Part shown: positions 1 to 10,295 of the stretch, one piece after another
Position numbering within the stretch: position 1 is the first letter of the stretch
How the letters are laid out: every line of letters begins with the position of its first letter
NCBI GenBank assembly: GCA_944336335.1
Contig: CALVLC010000047.1
Span: forward strand, 775 to 64,774
Source of the DNA: an uncultured Bacilli bacterium
GTDB taxonomy: Bacteria; Bacillota_I; Bacilli_A; RFN20; CAG-826
DNA: 64,000 nucleotides
Direction of reading: 5' to 3'
Position numbers and translations under genes: made by a program
Notes under the pieces: generated by a model
The model's input: the letters and a program-made list of their open reading frames with translations, nothing else
The model's database searches: none
Told to the model about the DNA's origin: nothing

Positions 1-570
1 GGAAATTCCGACATAAGTAATCATAGACCTGCAAAATTATATAATCTTGATGTGATTCTTGCTGTTGGTTACCGTGTCAAATCGAAAAGAGGGATTTTAT
101 TTAGAAGATGGGCAACAGCAGTTTTAAGAGATTATCTAATTAAAGGTTATGCATTATCAGACAGAGCTATAGTTACTAATGAAAATTACATTCAACTTAT
201 TAACGATGTTAACCATTTAAAAAAGGATGTCGAAGATATAAAAGAGATAGTAAATAAGAACGTTTTAGATTCAATCATTATTTATGAAGGTGATTCTTTT
301 GATGGTTTTTCTTTTATTAATGAGTTGATCAAAAAAGCAATAGAATCAGTGGTAATCATAGATGGTTATGCTGATGACTCTCTTTTTGATTTTTTAATTG
401 GATCAAAAAAGGTATTAAAAAAGTAGTAATTTGTCACAAAGCCAACAGAATATCTAAGGAAATTATAAATAGATTTGAAAAAGAATATGGGCCTATCGTT
501 ATTAGGGAAGATAAAACATATCACGACAGATTTTTGATTATTGACAATATTGTATATTTTATGGGGGGTA
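1..570 (+). pseudogene. RhuM-family protein gene, 5' end cut by the window edge and frameshifted
   Basis: Frame 1 is open from base 1 and contains the conserved RhuM core (YNLDVILAVGYRVKSKRGILFRRWATAVLRDYLIKGYAL). It stops at 424-426. The protein clearly continues in frame 2 (VVICHKANRISKEIINRFEKEYGPIVIREDKTYHDRFLIIDNIVYF), which implies a 1-nt indel in the A6 run 417-422. The C-terminal end runs into the RBS of the next gene. Confidence 0.5.
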
Positions 571-597
571 TAAAATTAACAAAGAGAGGAAAAAATA

Positions 598-1434
598 ATG
601 AAAAAAGTTATTGTTATTACAGGTGGTGGAAGCGGAATGGGTCTTGCCACAATTAAAGAATTAGGAAAGGAATATGCTATTGTTATTACCGGAAGAACTC
701 TTTCTAAATTAGAAAAAGCTTGCGAAGAATATACTAAAGATGGCTATGAAATTTATCCATTTGCATGTGATGTTTCTAAGAAAGATGAAGTTAAAAAATT
801 AGCTGAATTTTCAAAAGAAAAAGGAGAAATCGTTGCTTTAATTCATGCAGCTGGAGTTTATCCACATATGGGAAACGCTGAAGATATTATTAAAATTAAC
901 GCTTTAGGCACCCACTTTATTGATCAAGCTTTTAAAGAGGTTATGGGTGAAGGTAGTGTTATTTTAAACGTTTCATCAATGGCTGCTTATATGTTACCTA
1001 ACATGTTGCTTCCAAAAAAGCATTATGCAAAAGTCTTTGGTGAAGAAAGTACTTTCTTTAAAAAACTTGTCAAAAAATCAAGAATGTTTGGCTCAAAGAT
1101 GGAAACAAGTTTAGCTTATCCGATTTCTAAAAACTTTGTTTGCTGGTATACAAAACGTATTGCAAAAGATATGTATAAAAAAGGAATTAGAGTAATTTCT
1201 GTTTCTCCTGGTAATTTTGAAACACCAATGGGCGAACTTGAAAGTGCTCAAGGCAAAGCTTTTCTTAAAAATGGTGCAATTCAAAGATTTGGAAAAGTTG
1301 AAGAAATTGCATTACTTTTCAAATATTTAATTGATCCACGTTTAGGATATCTTACAGGTGAAGATATTATTTGTGATGGTGGATGTGTTGGCTCTTTAAA
1401 TTCATTCACTAAAAAAGAGCAAAAGAATTTTTAA
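598..1434 (+). CDS. SDR-family (short-chain dehydrogenase/reductase) oxidoreductase
   Basis: N-terminal Rossmann motif VITGGGSGMGLA, catalytic Y-x3-K (YPISK), typical length of 278 aa, and RBS AGAGAGGA upstream of the ATG. Confidence 0.9.
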   Translation: MKKVIVITGGGSGMGLATIKELGKEYAIVITGRTLSKLEKACEEYTKDGYEIYPFACDVSKKDEVKKLAEFSKEKGEIVALIHAAGVYPHMGNAEDIIKINALGTHFIDQAFKEVMGEGSVILNVSSMAAYMLPNMLLPKKHYAKVFGEESTFFKKLVKKSRMFGSKMETSLAYPISKNFVCWYTKRIAKDMYKKGIRVISVSPGNFETPMGELESAQGKAFLKNGAIQRFGKVEEIALLFKYLIDPRLGYLTGEDIICDGGCVGSLNSFTKKEQKNF

Positions 1435-1456
1435 TATAAATAATAAATGAATGATG

Positions 1457-1484
1457 AAAGCACTGCCATGAGCAGTGCTTTTTA
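1457..1484 (+). terminator. Rho-independent terminator after the SDR gene
   Basis: Perfect 10-bp stem AAAGCACTGC / GCAGTGCTTT (1457-1466 / 1472-1481) with a 5-nt loop, running into a T tract. Confidence 0.7.
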
Positions 1485-1602
1485 ACATTAAGATATCATT
1501 AAGAATAAAACTATTTTAGTTTTGATAAAAATTAAGCCATGTAAGAAAGCTATTTATGAAAGGAAAGTTTGCATTCGTCTTAAAGAAACTGAGTGAAATA
1601 AT

Positions 1603-3336
1603 ATGAAAAAAAGAAATTTTCTCACGGTTTTAATGCCACTCGTTTTAGTATTAGCAAGTTGTGGAACTACTCAAGCACAAATACCAAGTGAACCTCGAAC
1701 TATTGTTGATGTTCAAAAAATCGTAAACGATGATGGAAGTACGACTTATACTGTAACTTATTCGGATGAAACGGCTGAAACGTTTACTATTCAAGCAGAA
1801 CCAGTTGATGAAGGGCCGGTATTTGATAGTTCTAACAAAACAATTACTAGAGACGCTTTGAAAGACATTCAAGGCAGACTTGTTTTAGATGGTGCATTAA
1901 CTATTTTTGCAGGAGATGAAACGGCTAAAGGAAGTGACACTACAATTGATGTTACTTTTACAGAAGATGCTTGGTATTATTCTTCACTTGAAGATTTAGG
2001 TCAAGAAAACACCGGGAATATCTTTAAAATTGGTGATAAAGCAGTTATTGCTGGTATCAATTTATAAAATGAATTAGTTTTTTCTGAAATGACTGACGAT
2101 GAAGGAAATGTTCAAGATTTTGAAGAATATATTAATCCTTTTAAAGATTTAACAGTGTATGATTTTGAGGCTGTTGAAGGAGAAGAAGGCGTTTTCTCTT
2201 TGAGAATGGATTTACCATCAGTCGAAGAAAAGGCCATTGAAATTGTCTCAGGTCTTACTAATTATATATTTCCAGAACTTTCGAGCTTCGAAGTTGAAAC
2301 TGTAAATGGGCAAATTACAACAATTATGTTTGAGACGCCTAAATTTGAAACGTATTTCGGCTTCGAAAGGTACGTCGCTAATCTTGAAATTGTAGAAAGA
2401 GGTGCTGAAGTTGCGGATTTAAAATTTCCTGAGCCATTGCCAACTCTTGAAGGTCATGAAACTTTATTAGCAGCTCTTGAAGAAATTAATACCGAAAATT
2501 TAAAAGCCAAATATGTTCAAATTGATAAATATGATTCATCACAAACTTGGGAAGAAGCTGAAAGCAGTCTTGACTTCGATTGCTATTTCACAAAAGATAC
2601 ATTCTTACTAAAAGATAATCTTGATCCAAGATATACGGCTGGTGTAACTGTTATTGATGAACAAGCATACGAGATTGGATACGATGAAGCAAGTGGCAAT
2701 TACACTAGAGCTTTCTATCCTGTAACTGATGAAAATGGAAGTGAAATAACTGATTTAACAAATACAAGAGGTAATTTCTTAATTGCTGCACCAGAACATT
2801 TTTCTATAATTGACGATAAGCATTTTGAAATAACTGGTGTTTATGCAGGTACAGTTGCTTATTATTTTGACTTAGCTCAAAATGCATTTTCAGCATCAAT
2901 GACTAAAGTCAGTATTGAATTAGATGATAACAACAAGGTGAAAACTATTGAGTTCACTGATGAAATGTTCTCAAAAGTGACAATGACTTTTGAACAAATT
3001 GGTGGAACAGTTGAAATGCCATTTAATTTAGATGAATTAGTTGTTGAAGAAGATCCTTTCTTAGCATTAGTTCATACTTATAAATATACTGATGAAAGCG
3101 GAACTGAACATAATATTGTGGTTACAAGTCAAAGCGATATTAAAGTAGATGGAGTAGCAGCAACTAATATTTCATTTGATAAATTAGACACTATTACCTT
3201 TGAAGCTGGAGACCATACTTATGAAATAAGGTTTATGTCATATAGTAAATATTATACTTTGACTATAGAAGGGCCTGGCGATTTCTATGAATATTATTCA
3301 AGTGCTGCATACGATGGTAGTTTAACAGTAAAATAA
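1603..3336 (+). pseudogene. Surface lipoprotein gene interrupted by a single in-frame TAA (track ORFs 1603..2067 and 2089..3336)
   Basis: Both track ORFs are in the same frame. They are separated only by TAA at 2065-2067 plus 21 nt without a stop (GINL*NELVFSEMTDDEG). The first part has a signal peptide and lipobox (LVLASC|G). The second part has no signal peptide and no RBS. The joined length of about 577 aa matches the paralogues at 11850 and 13543. Confidence 0.6.
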
Positions 3337-3361
3337 TCAAAATATGTCTAAAAATTAAAAT

Positions 3362-3411
3362 TAAGTATTAATTTAGTAGATAATTAGTACCGAATAAGTA
3401 GATATTTAGTA
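3362..3411. repeat. Array A: five T(T/A)AGTA hexamers at exact 11-bp spacing (two copies of a 22-bp unit)
   Basis: Hexamers start at 3362 (TAAGTA), 3373, 3384 (TTAGTA), 3395 (TAAGTA) and 3406 (TTAGTA). The 22-bp units are TTAGTAGATAATTAGTACCGAA and TAAGTAGATATTTAGTACGTTT. The array lies between the convergent gene ends at 3336 and 3450. Confidence 0.7.
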
Positions 3412-3449
3412 CGTTTTTTGGATATTTAGATAGGGTTATTGAGGTCTGC

Positions 3450-4361
3450 TTAATTGTTAGCCTTAAAAATCCTATCTTTTAACATATATGTAAGTATAAC
3501 GTAAATAGCTAGCAAAACAATTGTAGATAATATTAAAACTATGTACATTAATTCAATACTTACATGACTATCGAAGAAGTATAGATTACAATCTAAGGAA
3601 TCTTTAATAGTGGTTAAAGCTGTTTCTGGGACATTGTATTTTGCAAGTTCATTTACTGCTCCATTTAGTGAGTGATTTCTGACTAATGATGTTCCATATG
3701 TTCCTGGAAGAAATAGGAAAATATTTTTTATGTTTGGATCAAATGATGATAAAGGCATATATGCTCCGCATATGAAACCATAACCTGCGCTAACTATAGT
3801 TCCAACAGCTGACATTTGACCTTGCGTAGTAAGAAATAAATTAATTATTGATGAAAGCGCTGTTCCAAAAAGTACTAATAAGAATATATCAACAATTAAA
3901 AGTAATGCATCTACTAAAGTGAAGTACCAACCTATAATAGCAAGATAAGCAAAAGAGATTATTAGTGCTGTATAACAAATTAATAAGGTAGCAACAAATG
4001 AGCCGAGATAATATGAAAAGGCAATTAGATAAGGTTTTTTAGGCGATATTAATATATCTTTTATTGTTTTATTTGACTTATCTTGAACCATTAAGAAGTT
4101 TGTACAAAAAGCTACAGTGACGCAAGATACAGCAAGAATTGATGAAACGAGTTGACCACCAACCAGAGAATCAAAGATTTTTGATGGTATATCAAGTCCA
4201 TCTGGTAGAGCATTCATAAAATTATCACGATAAATATTGCCTAAAAAAGTAGCATATAAAACCAATAAGATCATTGGTGTTATTAGTGAAGTTAAGAACA
4301 TTCCTTTATCATGAAAAAATAACTTAATATTTCTCTTTGTAAAAATTAAAAATGATTTCAT
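3450..4361 (-). CDS. ABC-2-type exporter permease
   Basis: 303-aa polytopic membrane protein with about 6 hydrophobic spans, lying 3 nt downstream of the ABC ATPase gene in the usual ATPase-permease ABC-2 arrangement. Confidence 0.8.
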   Translation of the reverse strand: MKSFLIFTKRNIKLFFHDKGMFLTSLITPMILLVLYATFLGNIYRDNFMNALPDGLDIPSKIFDSLVGGQLVSSILAVSCVTVAFCTNFLMVQDKSNKTIKDILISPKKPYLIAFSYYLGSFVATLLICYTALIISFAYLAIIGWYFTLVDALLLIVDIFLLVLFGTALSSIINLFLTTQGQMSAVGTIVSAGYGFICGAYMPLSSFDPNIKNIFLFLPGTYGTSLVRNHSLNGAVNELAKYNVPETALTTIKDSLDCNLYFFDSHVSIELMYIVLILSTIVLLAIYVILTYMLKDRIFKANN

Positions 4362-4364
4362 ATG

Positions 4365-5270
4365 TTACATCTCGGTTAGATTTTTTCCAGTTACATTTAA
4401 AAAAACATCATCCATATTCCCTTTACTGATTTCGTAGTCTTTAAAGATATCAGGATATTTAAGAATGAGTTTTGTTGCAATTTCGGTATTTTCTATTGAA
4501 ATAAGATAACCATTATTTGTTTTTTGATAAGGAATATTTAACTTTTTAACGTCTTCTTCACTTGTATTATATAAAGATATATAGTCATTTGCGAATTTTT
4601 CTTTGAGTTCTAAAGGAGTAGCACTTGCTACTATTTTTCCAGAGTCAATTATAATAACAAAGTCAGCATTACTAGCTTCTTCCATGTAATGTGTAGTTAG
4701 AAACACGGTCATATTTTGCTTTTTAATTAAGTCATCAATTACTGACCATATTAATTTTCTAGTTTTTGGATCTAAACCTGTTGTAGGTTCATCAAGAATT
4801 AAGATTTTAGGTTTATGTAGAAGTGCACGAGCAATATCAATTCGTCTTCTTTCTCCGCCTGATAATTTACCAACTTTTCTTTTTAATAGATTTTCAATAT
4901 GTAAAAGTTCATTTAGTTCGCTTAATCTATTTTTAAAATCTTTGCCAGTAATATCATAAAGTGCAGCACGGCTTTCTAAATTATCGTAAACATTTAAACC
5001 TTCATCCAGTAAAGAAGATTGAAAGACAACACCTAAATCTTTTTTGATAGAATCAATATTTTCTTCAATATTCATTCCATTAACTTCAACATAGCCATTG
5101 TCTTTCTTTAATTGGCCACAAATTATATTTATAGTGGTGGATTTACCTGCGCCATTAATACCTAAAAAAGCAAACAGTTCACCTTCTTTAACATTAAAAG
5201 AAATATCTTGAACTGCTTTTACTTCTCCAAAACTCTTTTCTAAATTTTTGATTACTATAACGTCTTTCAT
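4365..5270 (-). CDS. ABC transporter ATP-binding protein (ABC-2/DrrA-like exporter ATPase)
   Basis: Walker A GINGAGKST, signature LSGGERRR, Walker B ILILDEPTTGLD, and H-loop TTHYMEE. Confidence 0.92.
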   Translation of the reverse strand: MKDVIVIKNLEKSFGEVKAVQDISFNVKEGELFAFLGINGAGKSTTINIICGQLKKDNGYVEVNGMNIEENIDSIKKDLGVVFQSSLLDEGLNVYDNLESRAALYDITGKDFKNRLSELNELLHIENLLKRKVGKLSGGERRRIDIARALLHKPKILILDEPTTGLDPKTRKLIWSVIDDLIKKQNMTVFLTTHYMEEASNADFVIIIDSGKIVASATPLELKEKFANDYISLYNTSEEDVKKLNIPYQKTNNGYLISIENTEIATKLILKYPDIFKDYEISKGNMDDVFLNVTGKNLTEM

Positions 5271-5349
5271 AGTGTCATTTTATCAATCAAGTACTTTTTT
5301 AGTAAAGAACACCAATAAAAAATTTACATTTCGCCTTAAAAATTTACAT

Positions 5350-5389
5350 TTAGTAGATAGTTAGTAGTTTTTTAGCATATAAATTAGTA
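5350..5389. repeat. Array B: phased TTAGTA hexamers in the divergent control region between the ABC-2 exporter and the lipoprotein island
   Basis: Hexamers at 5350 and 5361 (TTAGTA), 5372 (TTAGCA) and 5384 (TTAGTA), spaced 11, 11 and 12 bp. The 22-bp unit TTAGTAGATAGTTAGTAGTTTT matches the array A units at about 18/22. It is preceded by a duplicated AAAAATTTACATTT (5317-5331 and 5337-5351). Confidence 0.6.
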
Positions 5390-5485
5390 TGTTTAACATT
5401 AAGATTCTATTAAGATAAAAAAGTAAAAGTTTATTACTTTTATTCAATTGAACTAAAATTTTTACATTAAGAAGGGATTTTTATT

Positions 5486-8425
5486 ATGAGAGGAAAGAAA
5501 AATTTATTAGTCCTCGGTGCACTTGCTTGTGGACTTTTAGTAACTTCATGTGGTGAACAAGTAACTGTTGATGAACCTGTGTATCATAAGTTAATAGTTG
5601 AAGCCGATAGTGGAGTTGAAAGTGTTTCTATTAAAGATGGTGATACAGTAGTTAGTGACCTTACTCGTATTGAAGAAGGAACTGAACTTACAGCTGTCAT
5701 TGATTTAAAAGAAGACTTTGAAATTAGTGCTGTAACTTTAGATGGCAGTGCTGTTAGCGCAACAGGCGGTAGCTATGTTTTTGATATGCCAACTAAAGAT
5801 GCAACATTTAAAGTTACAACAAAAAGTGTTGCTACTGAGGAAGCAACGATTACTGTTACAAATGATGATACCAAAGGAACATATACTTTAGCTGTTGGTG
5901 GTACAGCTGTTAGTGATGGTAAAGTTAGCGTTGGCGATACAGTTAAGCTAACAGTAACACCAAATAGTGGATTTGCAGTTTCTACAGTAACATTAGATGG
6001 AACAGCAGTTACTTTAACTGAGGGTGCTTATGAATTTACAGTCACTAAAACAACTCACGCTATTGTCATTGAATATGTCGAAACAACAGTAAATGTTTCT
6101 TTATCTGTCTATAATGAACCAACAACTGGTTTTTATACTGGATATCAACTTTTAAGTGGAGAAGAAGATATTACTGAAGGCGGGGAAGTTGAAGTTGGAA
6201 GTGATTTAAAGGTTGTACTTAAAGCTGAAAACGATTATAACAATTTTGTTGAGGACGAATATAGAAGTACAAGAGATAAAGTCTATCTTCATGTTGGAGA
6301 TAAAATCTATCATGGGGATGATGAATGTGCGGAACTTTCAGAAGATTTTAAAACTTTAACTTTTACAGTTCCTGCTCCAGAAGCTGATGCTGAATTAGTT
6401 GTTGCATATAACTCAAATAGAGCAAAAAAAGATAGCACAACAGGAGTCATTGTTAAGTTTGCTGAAAATGAAAACTTAGAAGTTTTCGGTTATAGTGAAA
6501 CTGATAAATACGAGTCATATAGATTCACAGCCGTATTAAAGAGAAAACCTGGCTACACCATAACAAAAGTTGTTTTAAACTATGAAGATGGAACATCTGC
6601 TGAATTAACTGAATCTTATATGCTCCCATCATTTTCAAATGATATAAGCAAGAATTGGGGAATTGATGGTAGTTATATAAAGGATAATATGACTATTTCT
6701 TTTGAAGGCGAAGTTAAAGAAGTTTTCAAAATCAGTTATATAAATGGTGATAATGTAAAAGCTGATGTTGCATTTGATTCTAATAAAGTTCCAGGCGAGA
6801 TGGTTAATGTCTATAACATTAGATCTAGCGATTCTACTAAATCAATTTCCGAGATTAAATTTACAGGTGTTGAATGTACGGCTACTTATAGTTCTTACAG
6901 CGATACTTGGTCTTATAATTTCACAATGCCTGAAAACGAAGTCACAATCGAATTTGTTTTTGAAGATTTGCTTGAATTAAGCTATACAGCTAATGAAAAT
7001 TTAGAGAGTGTTGTATTTAGATCTTCAAGTAACATTTATGATAATAGCAATATAATCACTCATGCTAAGGCAGGTGCTACTGTTTATGCATTTGCAAGAC
7101 CAAAAGATGGTTTCTTACTTGGTAGTGCAACTGATAATGCTGGTAATACTTATCAACCACGTCATGACTATGGAGAAAGTTCTTATTATCAAGTTACAGT
7201 TCCTGAAGATGGATTAGTATTAACAATCAGTTGTGATGTTGGGTATTCTGTAACTGTTGATAGCACATCAACATCACAGGTTTCAACAAATTTATCTAGT
7301 GGCGATTTAGCAGTTCCAGGTTCAACTTTTAATTTCAGTTATAGACCAACTTCTTCTTTATATATTGTTAAAGAAGTTTATTTAACTAATACTGACGGAG
7401 AAAGAGTCGACGTTGCAATTACACCTACATCAACTAGTGGAACAACAACTTATTGTTCATTCACAATGCCAGCATATGATGTTGTTATTCATTATACAGT
7501 TGAACAAGCTGCAACCTTTAAGACTGCTGTTAATGTTTCAGTGCCTCAAGGAACTACGCTTGGTGAAGTTATGACTAATTTCATGCTAAGAAATTCTGAT
7601 AGCGGTGTAAATCTTTATAGCTACACTGAAGGATTGACTGTTGATTTAGTTGAAGGAACATCAACATCATTGTCCGTTCAAGTAGCTCATGGTTACGAAG
7701 TAAGTGCCTCCTTTACGTATACAAAAGATGGAAGCGATGTCACAGAGGAAATTAAGACTTCTTCTGTTTCTGGTGGTTATTATAGTTTTACTTCGTTCAT
7801 GGTTCCTGCAAACATTAAATCTATTGATATTGTAATCACAAAAGCAACTCCAGTTGGAGTAACAATTACTCATGATGCTACTGTTACTGATGAAGAATTT
7901 GGTGCACTAGAATTTGAATATACAGTAAATAATAAAGGAGCAGAAAATCTTAATTCAGTATATAAATACGATACTATCGGTGTTGTGGTTTCTACCGAAG
8001 CTGAAAATGGATATGTTTATCTTGTTGAAGTGACTGATAGTAAAGGTAATCCTTTAGAAACTAGAGGCGAAAACCAATATTACGTTACTGGTGATTTCAC
8101 TATTACTGTTACCAAGACTCAAGCATATAGTTTTAGTGTTGTTTATAGTCCGGATCTTTATATTTCGGCAAATTTATCATTATCTAATGGCGAAACTTTA
8201 TATTCAGATGAGTTAATTTTTGGAAACGGATTAACCGGTTTTGTTAGAGTTTCTTATTCATCAGTATCTGTTGATTATGTTGTTACAGTTGGTGGCGAAG
8301 AAGTTGATACTGGCTCAATCTTGTATGATCCTGCAAACTATGGTGCGGTTGGTCAAACAAATAGTTTTGAAATCACAGGAGATGTCGTAGTTACATTTAC
8401 AGCTCACGTTGATGAAGCTCAATAG
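5486..8425 (+). CDS. Large surface lipoprotein built from tandem InlB-B-repeat-like beta-sandwich modules
   Basis: Signal peptide plus lipobox (LLVTSC|G) and RBS AAGAAGGGA. The protein contains many ~80-90-aa modules with a recurring pattern, e.g. ISAVTLDGSAVSATGGSYVFDMPTKDATFKV, VSTVTLDGTAVTLTEGAYEFTVTKTTHAIVIEY and KFTGVECTATYSSYSDTWSYNFTMPENEVTIEFVF. Confidence 0.85.
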   Translation: MRGKKNLLVLGALACGLLVTSCGEQVTVDEPVYHKLIVEADSGVESVSIKDGDTVVSDLTRIEEGTELTAVIDLKEDFEISAVTLDGSAVSATGGSYVFDMPTKDATFKVTTKSVATEEATITVTNDDTKGTYTLAVGGTAVSDGKVSVGDTVKLTVTPNSGFAVSTVTLDGTAVTLTEGAYEFTVTKTTHAIVIEYVETTVNVSLSVYNEPTTGFYTGYQLLSGEEDITEGGEVEVGSDLKVVLKAENDYNNFVEDEYRSTRDKVYLHVGDKIYHGDDECAELSEDFKTLTFTVPAPEADAELVVAYNSNRAKKDSTTGVIVKFAENENLEVFGYSETDKYESYRFTAVLKRKPGYTITKVVLNYEDGTSAELTESYMLPSFSNDISKNWGIDGSYIKDNMTISFEGEVKEVFKISYINGDNVKADVAFDSNKVPGEMVNVYNIRSSDSTKSISEIKFTGVECTATYSSYSDTWSYNFTMPENEVTIEFVFEDLLELSYTANENLESVVFRSSSNIYDNSNIITHAKAGATVYAFARPKDGFLLGSATDNAGNTYQPRHDYGESSYYQVTVPEDGLVLTISCDVGYSVTVDSTSTSQVSTNLSSGDLAVPGSTFNFSYRPTSSLYIVKEVYLTNTDGERVDVAITPTSTSGTTTYCSFTMPAYDVVIHYTVEQAATFKTAVNVSVPQGTTLGEVMTNFMLRNSDSGVNLYSYTEGLTVDLVEGTSTSLSVQVAHGYEVSASFTYTKDGSDVTEEIKTSSVSGGYYSFTSFMVPANIKSIDIVITKATPVGVTITHDATVTDEEFGALEFEYTVNNKGAENLNSVYKYDTIGVVVSTEAENGYVYLVEVTDSKGNPLETRGENQYYVTGDFTITVTKTQAYSFSVVYSPDLYISANLSLSNGETLYSDELIFGNGLTGFVRVSYSSVSVDYVVTVGGEEVDTGSILYDPANYGAVGQTNSFEITGDVVVTFTAHVDEAQ

Positions 8426-8457
8426 CAAACATTACTGACATTTGACTGTATTAATTG

Positions 8458-8484
8458 GAGGTGTCTATTGACACCTCTGATTTT
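8458..8484 (+). terminator. Hairpin (possible partial terminator) between the first island gene and the protease genes
   Basis: 8-bp GC-rich stem GAGGTGTC / GACACCTC (8458-8465 / 8470-8477) with a 4-nt loop, followed by TGATTTTATGTTT. The T tract is interrupted. Confidence 0.45.
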
Positions 8485-8522
8485 ATGTTTATAGTTTAAT
8501 AGGAAAGAAAGAGAGGCTAAGC

Positions 8523-10295
8523 ATGAAAAAGAAATTATTCCTTTTATTAGCTGTTCCGTTTCTTAGTTTAGTGTCTTGTGGAGATAGCTCGCAAGATATA
8601 AACGGTAATGGAAATAATTCATACTTAACTGATAAAGATAGTGGAACAGCCACTATTAAAATCGTAAAAGATGATTCTGCGACAGCAACAGAGCGTTATA
8701 TTTCACCAAAAAATGTTGAACTAAGCATGACTTTTAATGCACTTAGTGGAACTTTATCAAATAATGAAAACGTTTGCCCTTCAGTTGGAGACGTTAATTT
8801 ACTTGTTATTCCAGTTCATTTACCAGGTTCAACTTATAACACTGAAAGTATTAAAGAAGATATCGAAACTGCATTTTTTGGAAAAGATAGTGAAGATAAT
8901 GGCTTCATGTCTTTATCAGAATATTACTATGAATCAAGTTTTGGCAAATTAAACTTTAGTGGTTTTGTCACTGATTGGTTTGATGTTAGTGCTAACACCA
9001 ATATTAAATCATTATCCGATATTACCATGAGAACTGATGGAACAATTATTAGTGAAATTTTAAGAAAAGCAGTTGATTGGGCTTTTTCTAATGAAGAATA
9101 TGGTCTTAATAGAAAAGATTATGACAAAAACCAAGACGGAAGCATTGATGGCGTTTGGTTAGTTTATGATCATTTAAATTATTTCAATCAAGCAGCTATT
9201 GATCCAGAAAGTAATGATGAAGATTTAAATGAAGCTTTTTGGAATTTTACAAGTTGGGACTGGTATGGACCAGAACCAAATTTAGAAGTTCCAACAACTA
9301 GTGGGTTTTCATGGTCAAGTTTTGATCAACTTTATTCAGCATATGCTGATTATGATCAAGTACCTGTTCCAAATACTCAAAACCAATTTTACGATGTCCC
9401 TGATTTTTCAGATTTAGATTCTATTAAACTTGATTCACATACTTATATCCATGAAACTGGTCACTTATTAGGACTTGATGATTTATATACAAGTGATGGC
9501 AGAAGACCAACTGGTTCATCTACAATGATGGATCAAAATGTTGGTGACTTTGATCCATACTCAAAAATGGCACTTGGTTGGATTACTCCTTATGTTGTTT
9601 ATGGAAGTAGCGAAATTTTAATTCCATATAACACATATAATGACCATAGTGTTATCGTAATTCCTTCAAATTGGGAAGAAATCTCTGCAGAAATTGAAGA
9701 TTTATCTGAAAGTGAAAAGCAAAACTACGTTTATGAATTCAACCCATTTAGTGAATATATGTTAATCGATTTATATTCACCACTTGGAGTTAATTCTATG
9801 GACACATATGGTAACGAAGATGGTAATTTAGTCCATGGCAGAGAAGCTTGCGTAGCTGGTACAGGAGTTAGAATTTATCACGTCGATTCAAGAATCTTTA
9901 AATGCACAGTTGTTAGTTCTGATTTAGGAACAACTTTAGATTGGGATGAAGAGAATCTTGAGTGGGATGGTGAAACTCTTAAAGATAATGAAGCTATCAT
10001 GATGGCAATTACTAATGAAAGACTTGAACATGCTAATTTCGGACTTGATGAAGAATTTGATTATTTTGAAAGATGCCGTCTTCTTGAAGCTCATGGCACC
10101 AATACATTTGATATAAAAGATTTAACTGATCAATATGCAACAAACGAAACACTTTGGGGAGTTGATGACGAACCTTTTGATATTTATACATTTGGTTATC
10201 AATTCTTTAATGGTGTTTACACATATAATGATGGTAAAGAACTACCTTTTAAAGTTAGTGTTAAAACTTTACAGGAGGTAAAATACAATGCTTAA
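8523..10295 (+). CDS. M6-family (immune inhibitor A-like) zinc metalloprotease lipoprotein
   Basis: Lipobox LSLVSC|G. Zinc site HETGHLLGLDDLY (HExxH at 9450-9464) resembles the M6 HE(F/Y)GHxLGLPDEY motif. The upstream layout is M6-domain-like (VNLLVIPVHLPG..., YYYESSFGKLNFSGFVTDWF, DKNQDGSIDGVWLVYD). Confidence 0.8.
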   Translation: MKKKLFLLLAVPFLSLVSCGDSSQDINGNGNNSYLTDKDSGTATIKIVKDDSATATERYISPKNVELSMTFNALSGTLSNNENVCPSVGDVNLLVIPVHLPGSTYNTESIKEDIETAFFGKDSEDNGFMSLSEYYYESSFGKLNFSGFVTDWFDVSANTNIKSLSDITMRTDGTIISEILRKAVDWAFSNEEYGLNRKDYDKNQDGSIDGVWLVYDHLNYFNQAAIDPESNDEDLNEAFWNFTSWDWYGPEPNLEVPTTSGFSWSSFDQLYSAYADYDQVPVPNTQNQFYDVPDFSDLDSIKLDSHTYIHETGHLLGLDDLYTSDGRRPTGSSTMMDQNVGDFDPYSKMALGWITPYVVYGSSEILIPYNTYNDHSVIVIPSNWEEISAEIEDLSESEKQNYVYEFNPFSEYMLIDLYSPLGVNSMDTYGNEDGNLVHGREACVAGTGVRIYHVDSRIFKCTVVSSDLGTTLDWDEENLEWDGETLKDNEAIMMAITNERLEHANFGLDEEFDYFERCRLLEAHGTNTFDIKDLTDQYATNETLWGVDDEPFDIYTFGYQFFNGVYTYNDGKELPFKVSVKTLQEVKYNA

